The notes under the pieces: generated by a model | What the model was told of the DNA's origin: nothing | What the model saw: only the letters and a program-made list of their open reading frames with translations | The model's database searches: none | Part shown: one piece after another, positions 32,620 through 41,578 of the stretch | How positions within the stretch are numbered: the first letter of the stretch is position 1 | How the letters are laid out: every line of letters begins with the position of its first letter | Position numbers and translations under genes: made by a program | Origin: Candidatus Peregrinibacteria bacterium Greene0416_19 | Lineage (GTDB): Bacteria; Patescibacteriota; Gracilibacteria; Peribacterales; Peribacteraceae | DNA: 64,000 nucleotides | Direction of reading: 5' to 3' | NCBI GenBank assembly: GCA_007375735.1 | Contig: VMEW01000007.1 | Location: 1,494 to 65,493, forward strand

Positions 32620-35258
32620 GGCGTCACATTGGGGAACCAGCCGCTGCTCTGGCTCTGTCCCGGGGCCTGCAACTCGCTGGCATTGAGGGGGCACATGGTA
32701 CGGGAGAAGTCGACGTTCGCGACGCTCTGGAGCATGGCGGTTGCGGCGTTCACCACTTCCGTGAGTGCCTGAGCGCTCCGCTGCAGGTACGGGCCGTACA
32801 GCGCGGTCCCGATCCGCATGCCGAGCGCGTCGCTCATCCGCTCGATCCCCGTCGCGGGCACGATGAGCTGCTGTTGCGAGAGCGACAGGCTGCGCACGAT
32901 CTGCAGTATTTCCTTCCCGCCTCCCAGGAGCGCCCCCTTCGCGATGAACCCGCAGGCCGCAGGCGGGGTCTGCGGCGGCAGACCGTTGAGCTGGCACAGG
33001 GCGATATCCATCTGCTGCAGCAGCTGCGCCGGTCGGTAGGGCGGGAAGTTCGCGAGCGGTGCGGAGGGCGAGGCGACAGGTGTGAACATCTCCGGATACT
33101 TGTTGCCGCCGGCGTCGAAGGGGAACGCCTGGTCCTGCACCGTGAAGCCGTTGCGCCCGGGCATCAGGCGGTGGTTCTCCAGCGATTCCTCCAGGCAGCG
33201 GTCCAGGTAGCAGAGGTTGTTGCCGATGGTGTTTTCATACGACGTGACGCGCAGGGGATCGCAGACCTCCCGTCCGATTTGGCTGATCTGCTGCAACTGC
33301 GATCGGATGAAGGGATCCTGGATGCGGTGGAGGTTGTCGCCCGTCCGGAATACTTTCCCGCCGATCGTTTCCTGGCAGGTGAGCGGACGCCGGAGAGGAT
33401 TGGTTTTGGCGGCTGCTCCGATGGCGTTCACGAATAGCGCCACCACCTCCCGTTGTTTTGTGAAGCTGAAGCTCTCCGGGCACGCGCCGAATTTTTCCGC
33501 GCGGCATTCCGCATCGGTCGCTGCCTGGGCGCAGGTTTCCACGTTCATAGGGATGCCGCCCGGGCCCAGTGTTTCCTGTCCTCCGGGACGCAAGACACCA
33601 TCCTCATCCATCGCCTGACACTGGGTACGGTTTCCTTCATACTCCATCCGGCAGCATTCGGAGAGCTTGAATTCATTATCGTTGCTTGCAGTGTAGTTCG
33701 TTCCCGGTGGCAGGTCGCAGAGCTGCCGCGCATGGACGAGTTCGTGACGGATCAGATAGGACGGCGGCGAGCCGCCGGTATTTTCCTTGATGGAGATCGA
33801 GATGATCCCTTTTGTGGTTTTCGGGTGCGTTTTCGCGTCAAATTTGATGTCGGGTGAATTGTCGCACTTGATTTCCACGTCGCAGTGCCTGGCTGGATCG
33901 AACCGCTGCGGTGACAGCGACCATGACGTCTCCACGCACGCATCCGGTCCGGTCGATGTCCGCCGCTCGGGCACGTTCTCCGTGCAGGAGGCGATGTTGA
34001 TGGTGTTCGACTGCAGACGGACCTGCTCCTTGCAGATCGCCGCTTCGCGCGTCTGCAGCGGCCGGCACAGGTAGCCTTGGCGATGGATGGGATGCTCGCA
34101 GACGGCCCAATGTTCGGGCGGCAGTGGCGGGTAGAGACCGCCCGCGATCGGCTGGCAGCGGTTCTGGGTGGGCTGCGCGTCTTCCGGCACGCCCTGTCCG
34201 CACAACGACGGCAGCACCGGCTCCACCGCGTACTGCCACGCGAACCCGGCATTCAGGAAGAGCGGGTCGGCGCCGCGTGGCACGAGTGCGTGCGGCCAGC
34301 GCTCGGCGCGGATCCACAGGAGGACGTTTCCGGGCATGAGCTCCTGGTAGGATGGCGGAATGATCCACTGCACCACCTGTCGTTCTCCCATGGCGAAGGT
34401 GAGCCGCGACACCTGCCGCGCCGTCTCCGCCAGATCCAGCAGCATCGCTTCCATCTGGCAGTTCCGTTTCTCCGTCCAGTAGAGCTCGGAGCCGGGCCTG
34501 GGCGGCAGGGCCTGCGCGCACGGCTGCGACAGCAGGGCGTACCCGGAGCGGTACCGCCACACAGTGCCGGTGAATTCCTCCACGTTCTTTTCCTTCTGCG
34601 CAGACGTGACGACACTGGTGAGGATTGTCCCGCTCAGCGCCTTCCCCAGGGTTGTGATTTTCTGCCGCAGCTCCGGCGTCTCCGGCAGCGGGATCGCCCG
34701 CAGCACCGCGCCGCTCCCCGCGACCGTCACTGCGCCGGAGCCGGCGCGCCAGAGGTGGGTGATGCTCTGCACCTGCAAGATCATGGCGCCGGACACGTCG
34801 GTGTCGAGGGGCCGCTCGTAGCTGTCGGCGATCGCCTGCAGGTCGCGCCCGAGCGCGCGCACCTTCTCCTCCCGGCGGGCGAGCATCAGGATGTCTTGCG
34901 CCAGCTGGTTGCATTTCCCCAGCCCCTGCGCTGGGCGGTGGGTCTTGCCGGCGCAGAAGACACCCCGCAGTTCCGGTCGCAGGGCCTGATCCACCTCGAA
35001 GCGGTACACGATCTGCCGCAGCCGCGGCGCGCTTGCCACCGCGGAAAGGAAGCGCTTGAGCGGGGCTTCCACAGTGTGCTGAAAGGTGCGGTTCAGGAAC
35101 GCTTCACGTTCCGTCGTCGTCAGCATCAGGTCGTAGAGATTCGGGGCAGCCCCGCGCGCGCTTGCGCGCCGCGGGGCCGGCACCGCGCTGAGCGCGGTGG
35201 CCACGATGAGCATGACGATTATCTTCACCAGCCTGTGTTGACGGATGGTGACGATCAT
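32616..35258 (-). CDS. Secreted Cys-rich protein D (880 aa) with a single HExxH motif; function unknown
   Basis: Start MIVTIRQHRLVKIIVMLIVATALSAV overlaps the upstream stop as ATGA. HELVH lies at nt 33746..33732. There are more than 30 Cys. Confidence 0.75.
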   Translation of the reverse strand: MIVTIRQHRLVKIIVMLIVATALSAVPAPRRASARGAAPNLYDLMLTTTEREAFLNRTFQHTVEAPLKRFLSAVASAPRLRQIVYRFEVDQALRPELRGVFCAGKTHRPAQGLGKCNQLAQDILMLARREEKVRALGRDLQAIADSYERPLDTDVSGAMILQVQSITHLWRAGSGAVTVAGSGAVLRAIPLPETPELRQKITTLGKALSGTILTSVVTSAQKEKNVEEFTGTVWRYRSGYALLSQPCAQALPPRPGSELYWTEKRNCQMEAMLLDLAETARQVSRLTFAMGERQVVQWIIPPSYQELMPGNVLLWIRAERWPHALVPRGADPLFLNAGFAWQYAVEPVLPSLCGQGVPEDAQPTQNRCQPIAGGLYPPLPPEHWAVCEHPIHRQGYLCRPLQTREAAICKEQVRLQSNTINIASCTENVPERRTSTGPDACVETSWSLSPQRFDPARHCDVEIKCDNSPDIKFDAKTHPKTTKGIISISIKENTGGSPPSYLIRHELVHARQLCDLPPGTNYTASNDNEFKLSECCRMEYEGNRTQCQAMDEDGVLRPGGQETLGPGGIPMNVETCAQAATDAECRAEKFGACPESFSFTKQREVVALFVNAIGAAAKTNPLRRPLTCQETIGGKVFRTGDNLHRIQDPFIRSQLQQISQIGREVCDPLRVTSYENTIGNNLCYLDRCLEESLENHRLMPGRNGFTVQDQAFPFDAGGNKYPEMFTPVASPSAPLANFPPYRPAQLLQQMDIALCQLNGLPPQTPPAACGFIAKGALLGGGKEILQIVRSLSLSQQQLIVPATGIERMSDALGMRIGTALYGPYLQRSAQALTEVVNAATAMLQSVANVDFSRTMCPLNASELQAPGQSQSSGWFPNVTP

Positions 35259-36199
35259 CGGTTGGGCGGTGGATTGCGGAGAGATCCGCGCGCATCCCAG
35301 ATGCGCGGCAGGCAGGCGCTCGTCTCGGCCGCGAGGCCCAGGACGTTGCGGATATCCAGGGACGCACGCTCCAGGCATGCAAGATTCATGCTCAACGGCT
35401 GCAGCCGCTCGGTGCCGGCCAGGAACAGGAGGGTGCGGTGGAGCGCTGCACGCGGGATGGAGAGCTCCTGCTGGATGATCGACGCGCGGCGGATGCCTTC
35501 CCCCGCCAGCCCTGCCCCGGTGAGCGGCGTGAGCGATCCAAAGGCGGTTGCGATGTCGGCGGGGAGGAAGTCGCGCGCTTCCCGCATCGCACATTCGTAC
35601 TCCCGCAGGTACTCCAGAAGCACCGCGCCCATGTCCTGTTCGGTGAGGGCTTGCATGGCTGCCGGCGTCTTCCACGGTTTCAGCTTTGCGGCGAGCGTGC
35701 GGAGGTCCTGTGACGGAGGACTGGTGACGTTGCCGGTGCAGATGGGGGACTGCGGACGGAGATGTGCAGAGACGATGCGCCGCAGATCGTTGTGGTAGGT
35801 CAGCACCCACTGTTCCAGGTTGCCGCCATTCCCGCTGGTGAAGAGCGCCTCGTTCCGCTCGCACTGCCCACCACCGGCAGGAGTGCCGCTTCTTCCGGTG
35901 GAACCACCCGTGGCGCCGCCGGTCGTTCCACCGGCGCTGCCCCCTGTGGTGCCGGTTGTCCCGCCAGTCGTACCCCCAGCCGTTCCACCAGTCGCACCAC
36001 CCGTTCCTCCGCTCGTGCCGCAGATCGGGCAAGTCGCTTGCAGCATCAATCGGTCGCTGCCGTTCCACTGCGCGATGAGCACCGGTGCGGCGGCCAGGAA
36101 CAGGAGTCCCGTCACGGTGACTGCCAGCCGCGAACGCGTGAGCCGGTGCCACGTCGTTCGCGAACGAACATGCCGGTGATTGCTGTGGAGCTTACTCAT
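35255..36199 (-). CDS. Membrane-anchored or secreted protein C (314 aa) with a Gly/Thr low-complexity linker; function unknown
   Basis: Start MSKLHSNHRH overlaps the upstream gene by 8 nt. Contains a TM segment (LAVTVTGLLFLAAAPVLIA) and a 53-aa (G/T/A/S) run bracketed by Cys. Confidence 0.7.
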   Translation of the reverse strand: MSKLHSNHRHVRSRTTWHRLTRSRLAVTVTGLLFLAAAPVLIAQWNGSDRLMLQATCPICGTSGGTGGATGGTAGGTTGGTTGTTGGSAGGTTGGATGGSTGRSGTPAGGGQCERNEALFTSGNGGNLEQWVLTYHNDLRRIVSAHLRPQSPICTGNVTSPPSQDLRTLAAKLKPWKTPAAMQALTEQDMGAVLLEYLREYECAMREARDFLPADIATAFGSLTPLTGAGLAGEGIRRASIIQQELSIPRAALHRTLLFLAGTERLQPLSMNLACLERASLDIRNVLGLAAETSACLPRIWDARGSLRNPPPNR

Positions 36200-37163
36200 T
36201 GCATTCAGCGAGGAAACAAGGGATGCGTGCCAGTTGTCCCACGAGCGGCAGGGCCTGCCGGAGAGGAGTGAGCAGATCGGTGCGGAACGCACCCAGGAAC
36301 ACGTCGGTCATGCCCGCGAACTGGAGGAGCGTCCGGTATGCGGCGTCGTACCCTGTTGCGAGCTTGAGCAGTTCTGCCTCCCGGCCCGCCAGCTCCGCCA
36401 TGGACGCCGGGCAGTAGGTGCGGGCGATCACCTGGTCCGCGGCTGTCGCAAACTGCGTCCCCGCCCCCGGCGGGCCGGCCGTGCTGCCGAGCGCATTCAG
36501 GAAACAGGAGGTGGGGGCGGGAACCCTGGCCGCCACACAGCCGGGCACCGTCACTTCGTAGTACGCGATGCCGCTGATCATCACGATCTGCGGGTCCAGG
36601 CTCTGCGCGCGCTCCGCTGCGATGCAGATGGCGGCCAGCCGGCACTGGAACGCGCGGTACGACTGCGTCAGGTGCGGCACCAGCTCACTCGTCAGCGCGC
36701 CGCGTGTCTCGAAGATGCCGCGTCGCACCGGCGTGGACGTGTTCGCCGCGAACCAGTCGCGCTCGCTGAGGGCGTCCATCCGGCTGTCATTCAGCGCAGT
36801 GCGGCTGAGCCGGGGAACGGCCGTCCGCCACTCGTTGTGGCGCAGCTTGATCCACGGGTTTCTTTGGATGTCGTAGCGTGTGGTGCCGAGCGGTTCATCC
36901 GCCGCGCTATGTATACCGAAGAGGACGCCGCGGTACACGCGCTGTTCCTGGGCAGCCAGATCATTCACTTGCCCGATGCAGGCGCTGGCGGGAATCAGTC
37001 TCTGCGCACGCGCCGTGACTGGAGCGAGTATCAGGGTAAGGGCAAGGGTCAGGGCAAGGGCAAGGGCCGGGGTTCCCCCCTTCGTCAAGCCTTCGGGGGA
37101 CAGGCGGGTTTGGGTGCGGGCTCGAGACATCGGGCCGGTGGTTGCGGAGCGTCGGAGCGTCAT
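36192..37163 (-). CDS. Secreted protein B (323 aa); function unknown
   Basis: Start MTLRRSATTG overlaps the upstream stop as ATGA. Hydrophobic segment ALALALTLALTLILAPVTARA. Several Cys. Confidence 0.7.
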   Translation of the reverse strand: MTLRRSATTGPMSRARTQTRLSPEGLTKGGTPALALALTLALTLILAPVTARAQRLIPASACIGQVNDLAAQEQRVYRGVLFGIHSAADEPLGTTRYDIQRNPWIKLRHNEWRTAVPRLSRTALNDSRMDALSERDWFAANTSTPVRRGIFETRGALTSELVPHLTQSYRAFQCRLAAICIAAERAQSLDPQIVMISGIAYYEVTVPGCVAARVPAPTSCFLNALGSTAGPPGAGTQFATAADQVIARTYCPASMAELAGREAELLKLATGYDAAYRTLLQFAGMTDVFLGAFRTDLLTPLRQALPLVGQLARIPCFLAECNE

Positions 37164-40100
37164 GGCTTGCGCGGAGGGAAGAGGTCCACGGGTCTGGGGA
37201 CGCCGAAGACGGGATACAGCGTCCACGGCGGTGTGACGTACGGCGTCCCGCCGCGGATGGTTCCGTTCGGATTCAGCGTGTACCCTCGCTCCTCGGCTCT
37301 CATCGATTCCACCGGATCGAAGTCGGGATTATTGATGTCGAACGACGGCTGACGGGGTTCCTGCGGGATGGTGATACGGACACCGCCGCGCCCCCCTGTG
37401 CGTTCCCCCTGCAGGGTGATGCAGGCGTGATCGTCGGGCAGACACGTTGCATCTTTTCTGGGAGGCTGTGCGCCCGGCGGCGCGGTCAGGGGAGGAATGA
37501 ACGTTCTGCCGATTCCCTGCGTTTCCTTGTCCTCCTTCAGCAGCACCGCAGGCCGGGCGGTGATGCGCTCGATGCGTTCCATGAGATCCATTTCGACGTG
37601 GACGCAGCTCGCTTGCTGCCATCCGCAACATTCGAGTGGCTGCAGAGCTCTTCCGTTGCACTTGGGCGCGTCCCGCGCCTGCCGGTCCAGGCTCTGCCAG
37701 AACTTCTTGTACGTATCGTTCATGCCGGCGATCATCATCTTGGCGTGTTCCAGCGCACTGCGTGCCTGTGCCGCATTGAACGCCGGCGGGTCGGGCAGAA
37801 CCGGCGGGGATGCGCCGAAAACGACGTTCGGGAGCAGCCGGTCCAATCGGTCCCACTGCACGAGCAGCACATCCGGCAGCGGCGGCAGGGTGGGGAGGGA
37901 GGCAGGGTCCAGGACGGATCCCGGGAGCGGAATCTGCATACGGATCTGGATCGGCTTCAGGACCGGCACCTTCAACGATCCCGACGATACCTTGAGCACC
38001 GACAAATCCCAGATCAGATCCGCTTCTCCGGCTGGCGGGCAGAGCATCGGCAGACGCTTCTGACCGTCCGGCCCGGTAGGGTTACAGGCGGGGCTCAGAT
38101 CCTGCAGGTCCGGCCGCGGTGGGTACCATGGATCGAGCAGGGAGTAGATGGGCGTGGTGAAGCGGTCGTTGCGGCACCACGGCATATTCGTGATGTCGCT
38201 GAACTCGACGAATTGCTTCTGCGCGGAGCGCCAGATGTTCTGAAGCTCCTCACGCTCGCGGAACTGCTTCAGGTGCTTGTCGTACGCGCGGCCGTTCTGC
38301 TCGATCCACGACTGCAGGTACCGCAGCAGATTCTCCTGCCGCATGAGCAGCACCGACAGGTACTTGGCGATTTCCCCGCGCAGACCGTGGTAGCTCTCTA
38401 TCTGCTTCGCGTACTGTTCCAGTGTGTCGATCAGAGAGTCCACCTCCGCTGGTACCGGGAGCCGGGCGGCATCGCGTTTGGACTTCCACTCCTTCCACAA
38501 CGCCGCCGCCGTCCGGAACTCGACCGGTGACCCGGCCGGCACCACCACCGGCACCGGCTCCTCCCGTACCGGAAGGATGAGCGACTGCTTCAGGTAATGC
38601 CCCAGGAGTCCCACCAGATCGTCCTGGGCCGTCAGCTGCACGTCGATCGCTTGCTGCAACGCGGTACCGCTCGCGGGCACGTCGATGAGCGTTGTCTCGA
38701 GCGGCCGGAGGGCATCCAGCCGGTAGCTCCAGCTCACCGGCAACCGCAGGTGCACGAGTGGCGGGGTGAACAGCCGGTGCGCGTCCGTCTCGAACTGCTG
38801 CCACCAGCGCGTGAACGGCCGCAGCTCCCGCCGCGCGTTCGACACGCTGTCATCCACCGATCGCAGTATCGACTGCCGCGCGCGCGGCGCGGTCTGGGTG
38901 TTCTGCGGCACAGCCTGCACGACGGCCTTATCCGGATTCAGCAGCGCCTCACTCAGGTTTCCTTTCCATCCGGGGATGGAGAGGAAGGAGAGAGCGCTGC
39001 CCAGGTTTGGATACCAGGTGTCGGTCGCGGCATTGAAGCGCGGATTCCGCGGCGCCTGGAACAGGTCGATGGGGAGCGGGTTCGGCTTGTAGTGTCCTTT
39101 GCCCGACTGCGTGTTCCGCAAATTCTGCCACTGTACCGGCAGGTCGATGACGCAGCGTTGGTCCTTCGTCTCCGTCTTGCGGCTGCGCGGGTCGAATTCG
39201 TCGTAGAAACCGTAGCAGGCTGCCTGCCCGTTCCTCACGTCACTCAGAGCATCCCGCGGAGCATCGTTGATTTTGCTCCGCGAGGCACTGATATTCTTGT
39301 AGCTGCGGTAGAAGGAGCGGTACGGCTTGTTGTTCTCCGCCGACTTCTTGCAGGTATCGTCGCTTTTGGCGGAGCAGCGGAGCTCCTTTCCCTTCGCATC
39401 GATCAGGCAGTTCTTCTGGCCGGGGCTCCCCACGCGCGGCACGAGCGGATCCACCCACTCGTCGGAGCAGGTCCACCGCTTCGCCCATGTCACGCATTTT
39501 CCATACCATACCTTACCGGTGAGATCGGGAATGGGCGGGCTGAGCGGGACCGCAATGCGGCAATCCTGGTACGTCCACTTGCTGTCGTTCAACCAGCTGC
39601 AGAAGTTTGTGCACTTGCCGAGATTGTGCGGAGGCGTGTCCTTCTGCTGCCGGTCTTTCCACAAGCAGGGCGGGTCCTCGAAGTACGGGTGGGCGATATT
39701 GATTTTTTTATTCTTGGTACCCGGCAGGTCCCCGTCGCTGTACACCCTCTTGTCGATATTCCCTTTCTTCTCTTCGCATACGGTGAGCATTCCTGTCGTG
39801 TGGTTCCACGTGGGGAAGAAAAATCCGTTCCCCGTCTTCCCAGGAGTGTATTGGTCGGTCTCCTGCCTCTTTCCCATGCCGGATCCGGGATTTCCCAGTG
39901 GATCACTCGTGCGGCCGGGTACGCCGCCGGCGCGCGGGATCTTGCCCTGCACCGACTCGCGGGGATCCGTGCTCCAGCCGCCGCACTGGGCTGCATCCAG
40001 TGTCCGCACAATCTGGTTCTGGATGGCGGGGATCTGGCTGACGCTCTGGGTATTCGAGAGCGGCGGGACCTGGAATGCGGCATGTGCGGAGCGCCCGGCG

Positions 40101-40195
40101 AGCAGCCCCGCGGTCATGAGCGATACGGTGAGGAACCGGTGGCGGTGGGGGTATAGGTGTATCAGGGAAGTATAGCATTTTTTTGGCTTCTGCAT
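37160..40195 (-). CDS. Secreted Cys-rich protein A (1011 aa), first gene of the operon; function unknown
   Basis: Signal peptide ...FLTVSLMTAGLLAGRSAHAAF. Lys/Cys/Trp-rich N-terminal half and Pro-rich C-terminal half. No recognisable domain. Confidence 0.8.
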   Translation of the reverse strand: MQKPKKCYTSLIHLYPHRHRFLTVSLMTAGLLAGRSAHAAFQVPPLSNTQSVSQIPAIQNQIVRTLDAAQCGGWSTDPRESVQGKIPRAGGVPGRTSDPLGNPGSGMGKRQETDQYTPGKTGNGFFFPTWNHTTGMLTVCEEKKGNIDKRVYSDGDLPGTKNKKINIAHPYFEDPPCLWKDRQQKDTPPHNLGKCTNFCSWLNDSKWTYQDCRIAVPLSPPIPDLTGKVWYGKCVTWAKRWTCSDEWVDPLVPRVGSPGQKNCLIDAKGKELRCSAKSDDTCKKSAENNKPYRSFYRSYKNISASRSKINDAPRDALSDVRNGQAACYGFYDEFDPRSRKTETKDQRCVIDLPVQWQNLRNTQSGKGHYKPNPLPIDLFQAPRNPRFNAATDTWYPNLGSALSFLSIPGWKGNLSEALLNPDKAVVQAVPQNTQTAPRARQSILRSVDDSVSNARRELRPFTRWWQQFETDAHRLFTPPLVHLRLPVSWSYRLDALRPLETTLIDVPASGTALQQAIDVQLTAQDDLVGLLGHYLKQSLILPVREEPVPVVVPAGSPVEFRTAAALWKEWKSKRDAARLPVPAEVDSLIDTLEQYAKQIESYHGLRGEIAKYLSVLLMRQENLLRYLQSWIEQNGRAYDKHLKQFREREELQNIWRSAQKQFVEFSDITNMPWCRNDRFTTPIYSLLDPWYPPRPDLQDLSPACNPTGPDGQKRLPMLCPPAGEADLIWDLSVLKVSSGSLKVPVLKPIQIRMQIPLPGSVLDPASLPTLPPLPDVLLVQWDRLDRLLPNVVFGASPPVLPDPPAFNAAQARSALEHAKMMIAGMNDTYKKFWQSLDRQARDAPKCNGRALQPLECCGWQQASCVHVEMDLMERIERITARPAVLLKEDKETQGIGRTFIPPLTAPPGAQPPRKDATCLPDDHACITLQGERTGGRGGVRITIPQEPRQPSFDINNPDFDPVESMRAEERGYTLNPNGTIRGGTPYVTPPWTLYPVFGVPRPVDLFPPRKP

Positions 40196-40241
40196 GAGGT
40201 TTTTTTGGCATCTCCACCGGAGGAGAACTTGACATGATAGT

Positions 40242-40269
40242 TTACCGGTTACCGGTTACTTGTTACTGG
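40242..40269. repeat. Tandem heptamer array TTACCGG TTACCGG TTACTTG TTACTGG
   Basis: Read directly from the divergent intergenic region between operon gene A and ssb. Confidence 0.8.
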
Positions 40270-40399
40270 TTATATCACACAATATTTATTACTTTTTGCA
40301 GCACCTTTGCGTTGTATCGTCGGAAATCGGGTGTACAAATGTACACGTTCCCTGCGCGCACCCATCGGGACATCCTCTACTTCCATTCCTCTTCCAGAT

Positions 40400-41272
40400 A
40401 TGTTCTCCTTCAATCGCGTGCACATCATCGGCTACCAGACACAACCAGTTTCCATCAGACAAACGCCCAGCGGCACCAGTGTCACCGATCTCAACTTGGT
40501 CGTGCCCTACCGCTTCCGGGCCGATACGGGCGAGATGCTCGATGGCAAGGGCTTTCACACGGTCACCCTGTGGGGGCCGATGGCGGATATAGCGGGACGC
40601 TTCATTAAACCCGGATCGCAGCTCTTCATTTCCGGCCGCCTCCAGACCGACAGCTGGGAGGATGAGAAGACCGGCGAGAAACGCTCGAAGACCAAGATCG
40701 TCGGGCTCGACATGATCATGCTCGACCCCAAGGACGGCCAGCTCCCCGCTCCGGCCAATGCCCCGTCGCTCACCACCCTCATCAACCGTGCCGATGTGAT
40801 CGGCAACGTCACCCGCGATCCGGAGATGCGCACCACCACCGGCGGCCAGCAAGTCCTCACGCTCGGGGTCGCCACGAACGAACGGTGGAAGGACAAAGCG
40901 TCCAACACCGACCGCGAACGTACCGAGTTCCACAATGTCGTCATCTGGGGAGCGCTCGCGGAGGAAGTCGCCCGTACCATCAAGAAGGGCAACCGCGTCT
41001 TCGTCAGCGGTCGCGTGCAGACGCGTAGCTGGGAGACGAAGGACGGTGCCAAGCGCTACACTACCGAAGTCGTCGCCGACACGGTGTCGTTCCTCGGCAC
41101 CAGGAATCCACTCGTTGATGGCAATATCCAAACGGAGGCGCGCGGTTCCTCCGATGCCAATCAGGACGCTGCATCTGCTCCGATGGCAGCGTCGCAGGAG
41201 CCGGTTCCTTCTGTCGACGTGCCGCAGATCGCGTACGCATCGGAGATCAAGGCTGAGGATTTGCCTTTCTGA
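40400..41272 (+). CDS. ssb: Single-stranded DNA-binding protein with two tandem OB folds (290 aa)
   Basis: Start MFSFNRVHIIGY. OB1 ends ...SGRLQTDSWEDEKTGEKRSKTKIV. OB2 spans ADVIGNVTRDPEMR...SGRVQTRSWETKDGAKRYTTEVV. The acidic tail ends in EDLPF. Confidence 0.9.
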   Translation: MFSFNRVHIIGYQTQPVSIRQTPSGTSVTDLNLVVPYRFRADTGEMLDGKGFHTVTLWGPMADIAGRFIKPGSQLFISGRLQTDSWEDEKTGEKRSKTKIVGLDMIMLDPKDGQLPAPANAPSLTTLINRADVIGNVTRDPEMRTTTGGQQVLTLGVATNERWKDKASNTDRERTEFHNVVIWGALAEEVARTIKKGNRVFVSGRVQTRSWETKDGAKRYTTEVVADTVSFLGTRNPLVDGNIQTEARGSSDANQDAASAPMAASQEPVPSVDVPQIAYASEIKAEDLPF

Positions 41273-41578
41273 AGCGGAAAATCATATCTTCCGTCACCGT
41301 TTGCGATAGAAGCAATACATCTTCACTCTGAAAGAGGTAGAGTGAACAGTTGCCCCTCTGATGCATATGACCCACCGATTCACCGGACCGTACGAGGATG
41401 CTTCGCAATTACTGCGTGATGTGCAGTGTGTGACAGATCAAGAACTCAGTAACCCTCGGATCCACGAGGGGCTGCGCGGCAGGATCGATCAGGTCACTGA
41501 TAGCGCGTACAGGATCTTGCTCCTCCGCACATGGGCGGCGCGGACGGGGAAGACAGACGCTTGCAATGGCGCTCTCCC

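Noticed and set aside
35259-36152. N-terminal 298 aa of track ORF 32616-36152, and likewise 32620-32997 of ORF 31021-32997
   Set aside because: These extensions overlap the preceding operon genes in another frame and read as Arg/Pro/His/Gly-rich noise. Internal ATGs at 35258 and 32619 give proper signal peptides and ATGA overlaps with the upstream stops.
34077-40156. Series of long plus-strand ORFs (34077-35798, 36180-37352, 37142-38530, 38597-40156) antisense to the five-gene operon
   Set aside because: Their translations are dominated by R, G, A, P, L, V and D with no hydrophobic cores or motifs. The minus-strand frames give signal peptides, balanced composition and clean ATGA-coupled boundaries.
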